Assembly (NCBI RefSeq): GCF_964355755.1 | Contig: NC_092672.1 | Span: 35,718,437 to 35,782,436, forward strand | Reading direction: 5' to 3' | DNA: 64,000 nt | Source of the DNA: Antedon mediterranea | Taxonomy: Eukaryota > Animalia > Echinodermata | Part shown: one piece after another, positions 38,601 to 55,339 of the stretch | How positions within the stretch are numbered: position 1 is the stretch's first letter | Layout of the letters: every line of letters begins with the position of its first letter | Program-made: the position numbers and the translations under genes | The notes under the pieces: generated by a model | Seen by the model: the letters and a program-made list of their open reading frames with translations, nothing else | Told to the model about the DNA's origin: nothing | The model's database searches: none

Positions 38601-41600
38601 CAACTAAATACTTATTTTAAATATGACAGAGATAAAATAGTTCAATCGGTCCAATTTGTTGAAGTGCTTTTTAAACAAAATATTACTTGTTAAGCTCTGT
38701 CTACACTATCAAACTTTGTGATGTGCTCATATATGGACATGACGTCATATCACTACCATATTTGGGCACTTTTTTTTAGTCAAACTACAGGTAGTTTGAT
38801 AGTGTGGACAGAGCCTTAGATATAAGCTGAATAATAAACAAATACTTTTCTTTGAGTTGGGTTGTTTACACTTGATAAACCTGAAGATTATTTCTTGTAT
38901 ATAAAACATTCTAAAAAAAATCCTAAATGTGCCTAAATGTGTAACAATAGCTAATTGTAATAGGCAACTAGTTCAACAAAAAAAGTGTGATGTGCCCAAA
39001 TATGGTAGTGATATGCTTAAATATGGTAGTGATATGCCCAAATATGGTAGTGATATGACATCATCATGTCCATATATGGTCACATACAGTTTGATAGTGT
39101 AGACAGAGCTTTACTACTTACTTCTTTCATATTTCTATTCTTCATTCTTAATTTCTTGTTCTTCACAAAATCAAAAAGTGGTCCATACTCATCCCTTAAA
39201 AAATAAATAACAATTTTCTTTCTAAAGGAATAATTAACATGATTGCAATAACAAATATTGCTAATCAATTCATATCAGCGAGTCAATCTTATTTGTGGAG
39301 AAGACTATTTTGCTATACGGCATACACCACTGGTCAATCAAAAGCTGCTCAAACCATGGAGGTATAAATCTTTTTTATACCTCCATGCTCAAACCAAGGC
39401 AATCTAACAGCAGGAGCTTCCCTTGCTAAAATAGAAACTCGTAACAGTCCTTTGATCTTATGTCTGGCTGCGACAAATACTAACAGTACTGTAACTATGA
39501 ACATACACTCTCTGGCACGCAGTGTCTGTTAAGGCGGCGTGGAACTGATCGTGTTGCAGCCACAGGTAAACCCTTTGATCTCCGTAGCTGAGCATTCTGT
39601 TGCCTTGCTCAAAATGGTTCCATTGCTTGGATACAAACAGATGGAGTTGGAGGATATCCAGACAAATAAGCTTAATAGGCCTATCCAAAAAATAATGTAA
39701 TATTGCTTAAACTATTAATTAACTATTGTATTTTTTACACTACCAATGAAATACAGCTATAAAACTAAAAATAAAATAAAGTACTCACTTATCTATGTTG
39801 CTAAATACATATATGTTCCCATTCCGTGTTTCAATTTCAAAATCAAAGTAACGAGAGCTACCAGTTCCACGGGCAAAGTTCACACACGTGACCTCGTCAA
39901 AGCGAACGTGGATGGGAGGCTTGTGGACGTAAATAAAGCCGCGTTCCAGAGGATATAGGTAGCCGCTGTTGGACTTGTAAGCACAGGGGATGACCTGGGA
40001 ACCAGAAGGTCTGTGGAAAAAGAATTAGTTTGAAATAAATCAAAGACACACATATATTTATAATTTTTATTTATCTGGACAGAATAGGCGCTTTCGTTAT
40101 TTAAAAAAAAAAATAATAAAAACAAAAACTGCCGCCCTCCTGACTGGAACTTTTTTGGGCCTAAAATCCACTGGAAACAACATTTTTTTTAGGTTAAAAG
40201 ACCAACAAGAATTAGTGAAAATGTTTACAAGTGACTTGACTTGCTTAAGAGATTTACATTTACAGATATGGAGTGGAAGCTGGTTCCAAACTAGTGGCAT
40301 TAGTCTTGATGTTTACTCTAAAACTTGGTAACCATGGACACGGAATGCAATTTGACCAATAACAAATGACAGTTCAGACAACCTTTCATTTATTACTGAT
40401 TAAATTACACCAAAGTTAAACTTTTTTCAGCATTGTGTCCTAGTGAGAACTAAGCTGACACTACCTTACCCTTTAAATGATCCAGGTACTGTGATTTTGG
40501 TGCCTACAAGAGCCTTCATTAACCTAGACACAATCTCATGATATGGTCCTGTCATCTCTTGTTGCAGCCTGCCATCATACTTCTCTTGGATTTCCTCTCT
40601 AAAAAATGCAAACTCAATTAATCAAACAATCTAACGCTCAAACTTTATGTGACAAAAAAAATGTCAGGTACCCATGTATGGACAAGATGATTTCATTATA
40701 ACTACCATATTAGGGCATATCACACTTTTTTTGTCAAACTAGTTTGTGTAGACAAAAACTTAAGGTCCTTCATACAAAATACGTTGGAAAATGTGTAAGT
40801 TTTACATTAATGTTTCTCTCAATATAACTTCAGTGACGGGTTCCAGGATTTTGAAATTAGGGGATTCAAGGCCTAAAAAAAATGAAACACAAATCACTTA
40901 CTCTGTCATATTGAGGTTGAGTGTTAAGTCTTCTTCTTTGTTGAGTGAGAGTATTAAGAAATGGTAACGAGTTTGGCCTTGTACAATAGGTGGATCAACA
41001 CTTATCTAAAAGTAGATAATGTAGTTGATATCATAACAATAATACATAAATAATTAGTTATCTATAGCACTCAATCATGCAATAGTATACAAATAATTAA
41101 TTTTTTATATTCGAGTTGAAATATAACTTTTCATCATTCACCAAATGCCATTATTTCTACCATTACACTCATAAACATTCATTATATACTATACTATAGC
41201 ATGCCATGTGACCCAGAATTTTCCAATCAAATGACAGGAATTCATTTAGGTGTTATATAATAGTGCACTAGTATCGATTGTATTAAAATTAAAGAACAGA
41301 ATGGAAAATCAAAGAAATGAATTGAAATTTATATTTATACTGGGTAACCTCTTCAGTCAAAGACTGGTCTCCCAGAGGGCCCAGTTGGTGATCAGTGGCT
41401 GTGATGTACTAATACACCGGAGTAACCCCCTACTCGTCTCGAAAGATGTACTAGGTTCTTTAAAGTGCACACGAGCTATATGTGTACACTGGACCTACGG
41501 TTTATAAATTACAGTCCTTATCCGAGAAGACTCGTTCTACCACCAGAACCATGGAGTGAGTGAGCCTCGAACCCCTGCCGATGTTATGGCTACGTAATTA

Positions 41601-44600
41601 CGGTTCCACTGTCTTAACCGCTCGTCCACTCACTCACCCCGCTCGTCCACTCACTCACCCCGCTCGTCCACTCACTCATGGCTTACATGATTCTCATCAC
41701 GTGTGTGCAATATTTGGCATAAAAAAATCATCTTGAATTTTCTTTTTCTCTTCTCATTTTCATCAACAGAGTCTAGGTCTATCTTGGTTAGCACATACTT
41801 ACAACCTATTTTGTCTTCAATTTGTTACCACACGCTGAGTGTAAATATCATTACAATAATAATGGAGACATATATTTTTTCACTTACAACAAAAAACACT
41901 TGGCGTTGATCTTTATGAGGTAAAAGAAAGAGACGAAGAACAGTTGTGTATGGGATCTTGTAATCAAAGGTCTTTCCATGAAACTGCATGAAAGTTGGGT
42001 ACAATTTAATGTCGTATCGACCCCTGAAAAAATAAACAAACAGCATTGTCATACAGTGTTTTCTGAAACTGATTTTATCAGCAAGATTTACCGATATAAA
42101 ACTAAATATATAAATCAGCCTCTCTGTGATAACTGTTGTGATTATTAATTCAGGCAAAAAATACATTTTACAAAATATAATACAAATCAACAAATTAAAC
42201 AAGCATGACGCAAGAGGAAATATAAAATCATAGTCACTAGCTGCCAGGACAGCACAAAGGCAGCCTAAGCCTCTATCACCAATTAGGTGTGTACCTCACC
42301 AGGACAGCACAAAGGCAGCCTAAGCCTCTATCACCAATTAGGTGTGTACCTCACCAGGACAGCACAAAGGCAGCCTAAGCCTCTATCACCAATTAGGTGT
42401 GTACCTCACCAGGACAGCACAAAGGCAGCCTAAGCCTCTATCACCAATTAGGTGTGTACCTCACCAGGACAGCACAAATGCAGCCTAAGCCTCTATCACC
42501 AATTCGGTGTGTACCTCACCAGGACAGCACAAATGCAGCCTAAGCCTCTATCACCAATTAGGTGTGTACCTCACCAGGACAGCACAAAGGCAGCCTAAGC
42601 CTCTATCACCAATTAGGTGTGTACCTCACCAGGACAGCACAAAAGCAGCCTAAGCCTCTATCACCAATTAGGTGTGTACCTCACCAGGACAGCACAAAGG
42701 CAGCCTAAGCCTCTATCACCAATTAGGTGTGTACCTCACCAGGACAGCACAAAGGCAGCCTAAGCCTCTATCACCAATTAGGTGTGTACCTCACCAGGAC
42801 AGCACAAAGGCAGCCTAAGCCTCTATCACCAATTAAGTGTGTACCTCACCAGGACAGCACAAAGGCAGCCTAAGCCTCTATCACCAATTAGGTGTGTACC
42901 TCACCAGGACAGCACAAAGGCAGCCTAAGCCTCTATCACCAATTAAGTGTGTACCTCACCAGGACAGCACAAAGGCAGCCTAAGCCTCTATCACCAATTA
43001 GGTGTGTACCTCAAACCAATGATTACTAAATAAGTAATACCAATGATATAAATAAAAGTGGATACCTAACTTGACAAGACAAGATAAATGGAAATAGTAC
43101 ATGACTCACCTTGGTGTAAGACAGGCAATTTGTTCAAGTTTAACAATAGCATCCCCTGTAGCTTGTATAACATCAGCCTTGGCAATAACATTGTCATGAA
43201 ATTGCTGAAAGAAAGTTGTAAAATAAGTTGAGAGAAATCACAGAGATTAAAAACAAACTCTTTAAAAGCAGCAAAAACATCTTCTAAAAACCTTTTAGAA
43301 AACATGTTGTAGGACTTCACAACCTTAGTCAATGATTAGTGGGAAAAGCTTCCTCATTTCCAGATAAACTCTTTCTCAAGAAAAAGTTTTTTTAAATAAT
43401 TTAATATGAAAATTCAATATAGGCCTATATTTAAGGAATAATTTAATTCATTTTTTAGAATAAAATGAAATGACATTAAATAACCCTATGACTGATTTTA
43501 GAATTCTCAATCTTTTAAATGTGTATTATGTGGTTAAAATGCCTTTAAAAAAAACTGTTTTTGCAATTTGATCAGTTAATTATTGTTGTGATGAAGGTCT
43601 GTTCTCTTGCACAAATGTTTCTCTATTTAGGTTTTATTTTGATATTCAGTATTTTAATTGACCTTGACTTCTTAGAAACTCACACTCAATTACACTGGTG
43701 CTTACTTACCTGAACTCTGTCCTGTTCAGTGTCTGTAGGCGGAATGAAGAACCTCATCTCCATCAAAGAGACTTCTGAATCGTCGTTCTGATGGAACTCT
43801 AACACAACTTCGTTCTTGCTTTTGGTTGCATGGGCAACATTACCAAGTGGGATTGAAAAGCATGACTTGTTGTTCACTTCAAATGACATTTCTGAGCCTG
43901 AAAATAAGTTAAATTAATGTTGATAAAATAAATAAAATATTAAAGATGTATTTTCTCCAAAAACATAAAAAATGAAGTCAAGATTAATAAAATCAGACTG
44001 TAAATGTGTAGGCCATTCAGTTTTGAACTTATTCACTTCTGTAGAAAATTTTTTTACATAATGATTTACTTATAAAAAGACAAAATAAACAAAGTCTGAC
44101 AGACAATTTGACTATTTTTTTGCTTTATATTATTTTTTTAGGTTTTTGGTCAAAGTGACCTCTCCCAAGAGATTCTTCGACCAAACTGTTTGCCTTTTCT
44201 AAAAAAATGGTCATAAATTTAAAATTGGTGCTTTTTTTTTGCCAAGGACAGTTTTAACTCTCCCAATAAAACTATATTCCAGAAAGATGTTCGTCAAATT
44301 TAAACTTTTGACATTTATTTTGGCTATGATTGTTAAAATGATTATTGTATACTCTATGTGTTTCTTACCATTGAAATTTGGTTCTCCCCAATTCCAACCT
44401 TTAACAGACAGTTCTTTCTCCTCTAACGAGATTTCATAATTTCTTTTGATAAATGCCGATAGATTTTCAAAATCCTAACAAAAGACAGATTGCACAAAAT
44501 ATTACCCTCAATACCTTGATACATAATTATATAATGTATTATATTATTATTATATAATAATCAATATAAACAAATGTTTCAACCACTTTATTACAATTAT

Positions 44601-45431
44601 GCTTAAATTAAATAACTTTTTTATCACTTCTACTGTATTTGTTTAAAAATATAAAACGAAGACAAATATTGAAATGAAAATCCTACTGTGTCTTTGAATC
44701 CATCAAATTTGAACACTGTTCCATTCTTTTGGAACAACTTGAGTTCATGACCTCTAGCGACCTGGATCCAAGAAGCAACCTCTAAGTCCGTGGCTTGAAC
44801 CTGTTCTATTTTTCCAGTCTTGTTATTCTTGAAAACCACTCCTTGCCGACTTAATTTTAGCCTGCCATCATTCTGGAATAACAAAGCATATATATTCAAT
44901 TTTTTTCCATTTTTCGTAACTTAAAAATATCATGACAATGATTGAGTCCATTTTATTTTTATCTGCTGTTTAAAAAATATATTATATATAATAATTAATA
45001 ATAGGCCTAGTTTGTGCAGGAAGGGAGTACAAACAATAACATAACATTATAATTTAATTACTCAAGACAAATTAGGCTTAAAAATAACAATATTCAATAA
45101 ATAACACAACATTTCGTTTCGCCTAAAACTAATAAGTCTATATTATGATTTTTCATTTTAAAATTAAAATTCTTTTTCATTTTTGGACAAATGTTTTCCC
45201 CCTTGGTAGCGCGCCCCTCTAGGTAGTAAGACAGAGGGCGACATTCTAGAAACGATGTAGAGAGAGCTAAAGCAGCTAGCGCGGCGCTAATGCAGTTAGA
45301 AACAAAACTTAAAATCTAGGCCTAGGCCTAGCTAGAGGAGGCCTAGCTAGCAATTTTGCATTTTTTCTCTAACCTACCATTGCCCCCTTCACTTCTTGTG
45401 CAACATCTTTAAATTCAAGCACTTCGGTCAT
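23695..45431 (-). CDS. SSRP1: FACT complex subunit SSRP1 (~752 aa, 16 coding exons)
   Basis: Exons 45431-45378, 44872-44687, 44474-44369, 43897-43710, 43204-43110, 42023-41888, 41005-40902, 40598-40470, 40010-39789, 39194-39122, 38461-38320, 37954-37909, 37394-37208, 37114-36795, 36327-36189 and 23826-23695; all GT-AG and phase-consistent. Motifs include [47 protein letters not shown], an HMG box ([12 protein letters not shown]) and KSAEFV. The last acidic exon is less certain than the rest. Confidence 0.96.
24598..24910 (+). mobile_element. tRNA-derived SINE with CORE-like central domain and L2-like (TAT)n tail
   Basis: A/B-box-like head (TGGCGCAGTG...GTTTGAATCC), then GTATCCTTAGGCAAG...CTCTCCACCCAGGTGTATAAATGGGTACC, and tail GCGCTATAT..GAATGAACTATTATTATT. 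3' fragments at ~35015-35125 (-) and ~59450-59500 (+). Confidence 0.75.
25816..26048. mobile_element. CACT-terminal palindromic MITE with a nested family-A MITE
   Basis: ~50-bp TIR CACTGAGTGAATAAGTAGGATTTT...GGAGATGTCTCCTGAAAATGTG; family-A remnant at 25890-25971 lies inside. Confidence 0.65.
26661..26686. mobile_element. Micro-palindrome with 7-bp TSD (putative P-element excision footprint)
   Basis: ATATTAC|CATAGAGATATTATAATATCTCTATG|ATATTAC. Confidence 0.6.
30521..30800 (+). mobile_element. tRNA-derived Deu/Nin-domain SINE
   Basis: Head with GGTTCGAGGC B-box, then GGATAAGGACTATAAACCGTAGGTCC...TTCGAGAC.AGT.GGGGGTTACCCCGGTGT, similar to the Deu domain of AmnSINE1-type SINEs. Confidence 0.75.
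34411..34955. mobile_element. Degenerate Kolobok-like non-autonomous element
   Basis: TTAA|AGGCCAGGTGCGGGC ... GCCTGTATCTGAGCT|TTAA (TTAA TSD, diverged TIR). Confidence 0.45.
36540..36663 (-). mobile_element. tRNA-derived SINE head fragment
   Basis: Minus strand reads GGAGCTGTAGTTTGGTGGTTAACG...GGGTTCAATCC (A/B boxes) followed by CAACTCCACT; a related degenerate copy lies at ~38058-38260 (+). Confidence 0.5.
37508..37892. repeat. 24-bp minisatellite (~16 copies) in SSRP1 intron 12
   Basis: AGGCCTCTAGGCCTACTCCAA(A/C)C(A/T) variants in tandem. Confidence 0.92.
39355..39387. mobile_element. Micro-palindrome with 7-bp TSD (putative P-element excision footprint)
   Basis: CTCAAAC|CATGGAGGTATAAATCTTTTTTATACCTCCATG|CTCAAAC. 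Confidence 0.65.
39458..39662 (-). ncRNA. Candidate intronic H/ACA-type RNA
   Basis: GC-richer island in SSRP1 intron 9, sense strand. Short 5' hairpins, an H-like box AGAUCA, a long 3' hairpin (TGGCTGCAACA/TGTCGCAGCCA; TAACAGACACTG/CAGTACTGTTA), then ACA-NNN. No family recognised. Confidence 0.3.
41340..41678 (-). mobile_element. tRNA-derived Deu/Nin-domain SINE (second copy)
   Basis: Reverse complement of the 30521-30800 element; its 5' end carries a 20-bp triplication (CCGCTCGTCCACTCACTCAC). Confidence 0.8.
42244..43013. repeat. 55-bp minisatellite, 14 near-identical copies, SSRP1 intron 5
   Basis: CCAGGACAGCACAAAGGCAGCCTAAGCCTCTATCACCAATTAGGTGTGTACCTCA repeated head-to-tail without spacers. 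Confidence 0.97.
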
Positions 45432-45934
45432 TTTCTCAATATTTATAAATTCATTAAATTTTCAAAATTCAAGTTCTCTCTGAAATTATACACTTTTTGT
45501 TTCAGCAATTATTGTTTTTTTGTTGTCAGTCTAGGCCTACACTTTTTCTTTTTTCTCGATCGACTCGATCGTCAAAAATCTAAAAATCAGCATGTTTTGC
45601 GCGCGAGATACAGCGCCCTCAATACTAGCTGTAAGCAAAGATAGTATCTTTGCTGTTAAGTGTGGAAGAAAGATCAATTTCCCCCACAAAAAAATAAAAT
45701 ATTTGAATATATTTTCCTGATAAATAAAAGCTCATATTATTATAATTATCTTTTTATTCATTTTAATATTTCTATCACACTTAAATATTATACAGTTCAG
45801 TTTGAAATATTGGGCTAAAGTTATAGTTATCCTGGCAACACCTATATACATTTTCTATTTTTAGTTTACTACACAAAACGTAACGTTGTATATCAGATCC
45901 TACGTACTGCTCTGCATATTTCGCACAAAACATA
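45432..45934. promoter_or_regulatory. Divergent (bidirectional) promoter region SSRP1/HPD
   Basis: Only ~500 bp separate the two start codons. Small CpG cluster (GCGCGCGAGATACAGCGCCCTC) on the SSRP1 side; TATA-like CCTATATA at ~45841 on the HPD side. Confidence 0.6.
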
Positions 45935-52324
<6,390 letters not shown>

Positions 52325-53486
52325 ATTAAAATAATTTATGAATGATCCAATGAACTAGTAATACAATAGGCCAGGTAATACACTATCTGGACATCTCACA
52401 TACCTTTTTGTTATTTAATTTTTATTTAATATTTATTTTGGTAGTCTGCTAAACCTTGCCTCTTTTGTTTTAATATCCGACAAAAGGACTCAATTTGTTA
52501 TAAAAATATCAATACATATGTTTAATATTTTAATTTATTTTTAATATATATATTATTAAAAATGTGTTGATTAAACATTAAATGTGTTCTCTTCCATGCA
52601 GTGTTCCATACGTAGCACAGGTATAACCATTCTGGTATTTTTCAAGTTATAATTGGACATTTGGTTGCCTTGTTGTTTGTGACACATTGAATAGTAATCA
52701 TACCAAATAATAATTACAGTAATATTGAAATTGATTTTGGAGTATATAATATATTTATAGAAATCAAGAAGTTTGAAATCTAGATTAAATTAGCAATTAT
52801 GTGCATTGTATTTACAGTACATGAATATTCTATATTCATAATTAACTAATTAGTTAATTTATGACCGTAATAAAAGAATTATATTAAAATGATTTTGTGT
52901 TTATTATGTGTCATCATTAAAGTTAGTGTCACATTTTTTTGCAACCTACGTGTCAAGACGCAATGTTTAGGGTGCAGGAATGTTTTGTTCTGAATCAATT
53001 TTTGTCAATAAAAGTTGGATACAAATAAGAGTATTATGATTGAGTGGTATAGAGCTATATTGTCCTGATGGAAAAGTTATAATTCTACACAAAAATTAGT
53101 TTTCCTCACATCGATCCTAGCGCAACCACCACCTGGAGAATAACCACCTGCCTTGTGCATACTAAGACATGACACCAGTCTAGCCTGGGTTAGGCAAGCA
53201 TCCCCTTAAGAAAAAAAGAACATCAACATTTCTCAACATATACAAGTACAGTATAAATGTTGTCTTCACTTTTTTTTCCTTTAAGTACTACATTATAAAC
53301 TGTGATTGATACAGAAGGAAGAACCTCCATGCTCCAATGAACAGGGACTTATTTCCAAGATGTATGATAAATTATTTGGTATTCATTGCTTTTTCAAGCC
53401 ACAAACAATTATGTTATACCACGATCAACAAGTAGTCACATTCTCAAGTTATCTATTAAATATTTGGTATGTTATCTCTAAATCTG

Positions 53487-54253
53487 CTATTTCTTCTTTT
53501 TCTTGCTTGTGTCACCACTCCCTTGCTTGGGTATTACTTTGAATGGTTTCGCTTCATTCATGTTGGCTTTAGCTGTAATTTCCATCTCTATGTTGCAGCC
53601 GATAGCTTTTGTCAAATTCTGCACAAGAAAAATAAAACAATACTAAATTCACTAAACAAAACGGTACCAATGAATGCAAATAAAATTCTTTACGCCTGGT
53701 GGTATAGAAAGAGTACTGTACTGTGTATTAATAATATAATATTAATAATTTAATAATATAAATATTCATGGAGTGTGTGTAGTATGAAGACACCCAATAA
53801 TATTACATGATATATTAATATCATTTAATTATAATAATAATATGCTTACCCTTTGCAATTTGCCTTCTTCAATTTTTCTTGATTTTTTGGGAGCAATATG
53901 ACGAGCTGAAAACAGTAATTAATAAAATTTATGATTATTTAAATAGCCTAGGGTATACATGTCCGTCATATTACGTCATCAATAATCACATCATATAATC
54001 CTAGGCCAAGAAAGATTGTGTAGGCCCTGTCGACCACTTTCTGCATCCTCTACCATATAGGGGCCGGGCCAGTGTGAGTGTTGACTCATCATCATAAAAA
54101 AAACAACAAAGCCAGGCTAGGCCTAGCCTAGCTAACACAATTCTTACCCCCTTTCTTCATTGCCATTGCTTTCTTTTGTTGATGTTTAGATTGCTTATTT
54201 TTTCCTTTCTTTCCTGGTACATTACCAGTCTTCTTCATTTTCCCCTGTGCCAT
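53487..54253 (-). CDS. C19orf53: Leydig cell tumor 10 kDa protein homolog (UPF0390/DUF2462), 97 aa, 3 exons
   Basis: Exons 54253-54148, 53905-53850 and 53618-53487 give MAQGKMKK...KKGARHIAPKK...LQRNLTKAIGCNIEMEITAKA...KKKKK; MAQG, KG.R.IAPKK and L..AI...IE motifs match the family. Confidence 0.9.
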
Positions 54254-55339
54254 AGTTATTAAATAAATGAAGTTTTTCTCAAGTCAAAATCACACACGTT
54301 TTTTTATTTTGTCGGTCTCTCTCTAGCTTTATCAAAACTATAGAGGGGGTACTTTTCAAATCTGCCAAATGATGCCACCACCACCAAAGAGTGATTGGTT
54401 ATACATTTTACATGATAATATAACATTATAAAGTATATGCTAAAATGTCATTTAAAGTTATTGTGATATTTAATTGTACGTTTTATACTGTCAAAATACT
54501 GATTAGGTTTATTCAGAAATTGAAGACCGCCTCACAACTATTTTAAACATCGACGAAGATTTCGATAGGATTCGAACCCAGTAGGCCTACTTCAGCTCCA
54601 CAACCTGAACGCGTTGTAACGCGTTTAACGTGTTGTGACGCGAAATAGTTAGAGTTCTGGTCAGAGCGAAGGTACAGTAAAATTGGCGATTTAACTGAGT
54701 TTAACTTTTTCAATGGAAATTTTACCACTAGCGCATGTTGTTAATACATATCATTTTAGGCCTATATCATACAAACCTACCGGGGCCTACCGGGCGTAGA
54801 TCAGTATGACCGATTAATTTTAGGCCCTATACATATTATCCCGGGCTTCCCGGGCGTAGATTAGTATGACATATTATCCCCGTAGTTTCTTCCAAACAAA
54901 CTTAATTATCAGCCATTAACAATTCTGAATAAATATATTTCAATCGAATTTAATATCTCTACATAAAGTTTAAGAAAACAACATGCTAAATTAAACAGCC
55001 GCCTCGGAAGTGCTTCGTAAAAAGCACGAATAGCCTGACTTCGGGCATCGGAAGTATTGTGACGTATAGACGCGCACACTTTAACTCACGTGATCTGCAT
55101 ACAAAATAAACCGGATTTATTTTTTTGCTGTCGATGAGAGAAAAATCGATGAAAATGTTTAAGGCAGGTTGCCGATAATTCTGAGTAGAAGCATTCAATG
55201 GATGCGATAACTTTCGTCTTTGCGCAGTTTATCGCTCCTCAATTTATTAATAAAAACAGTTTATATATGATTGCTTTAATTACAGACGTTATGATATTAT
55301 CAAACCTGATTTGATTTACACTTTTAAAAAGAGCTGAAG

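Noticed and set aside
40330-40445. Possible C/D snoRNA in SSRP1 intron 8
   Set aside because: The C box is mismatched (ATGCTGA), I recognise no rRNA antisense element, and the evidence is too weak.
42244-43013. CRISPR-like array
   Set aside because: Units are contiguous with no unique spacers, and the context is a eukaryotic intron with no cas genes; it is a minisatellite.
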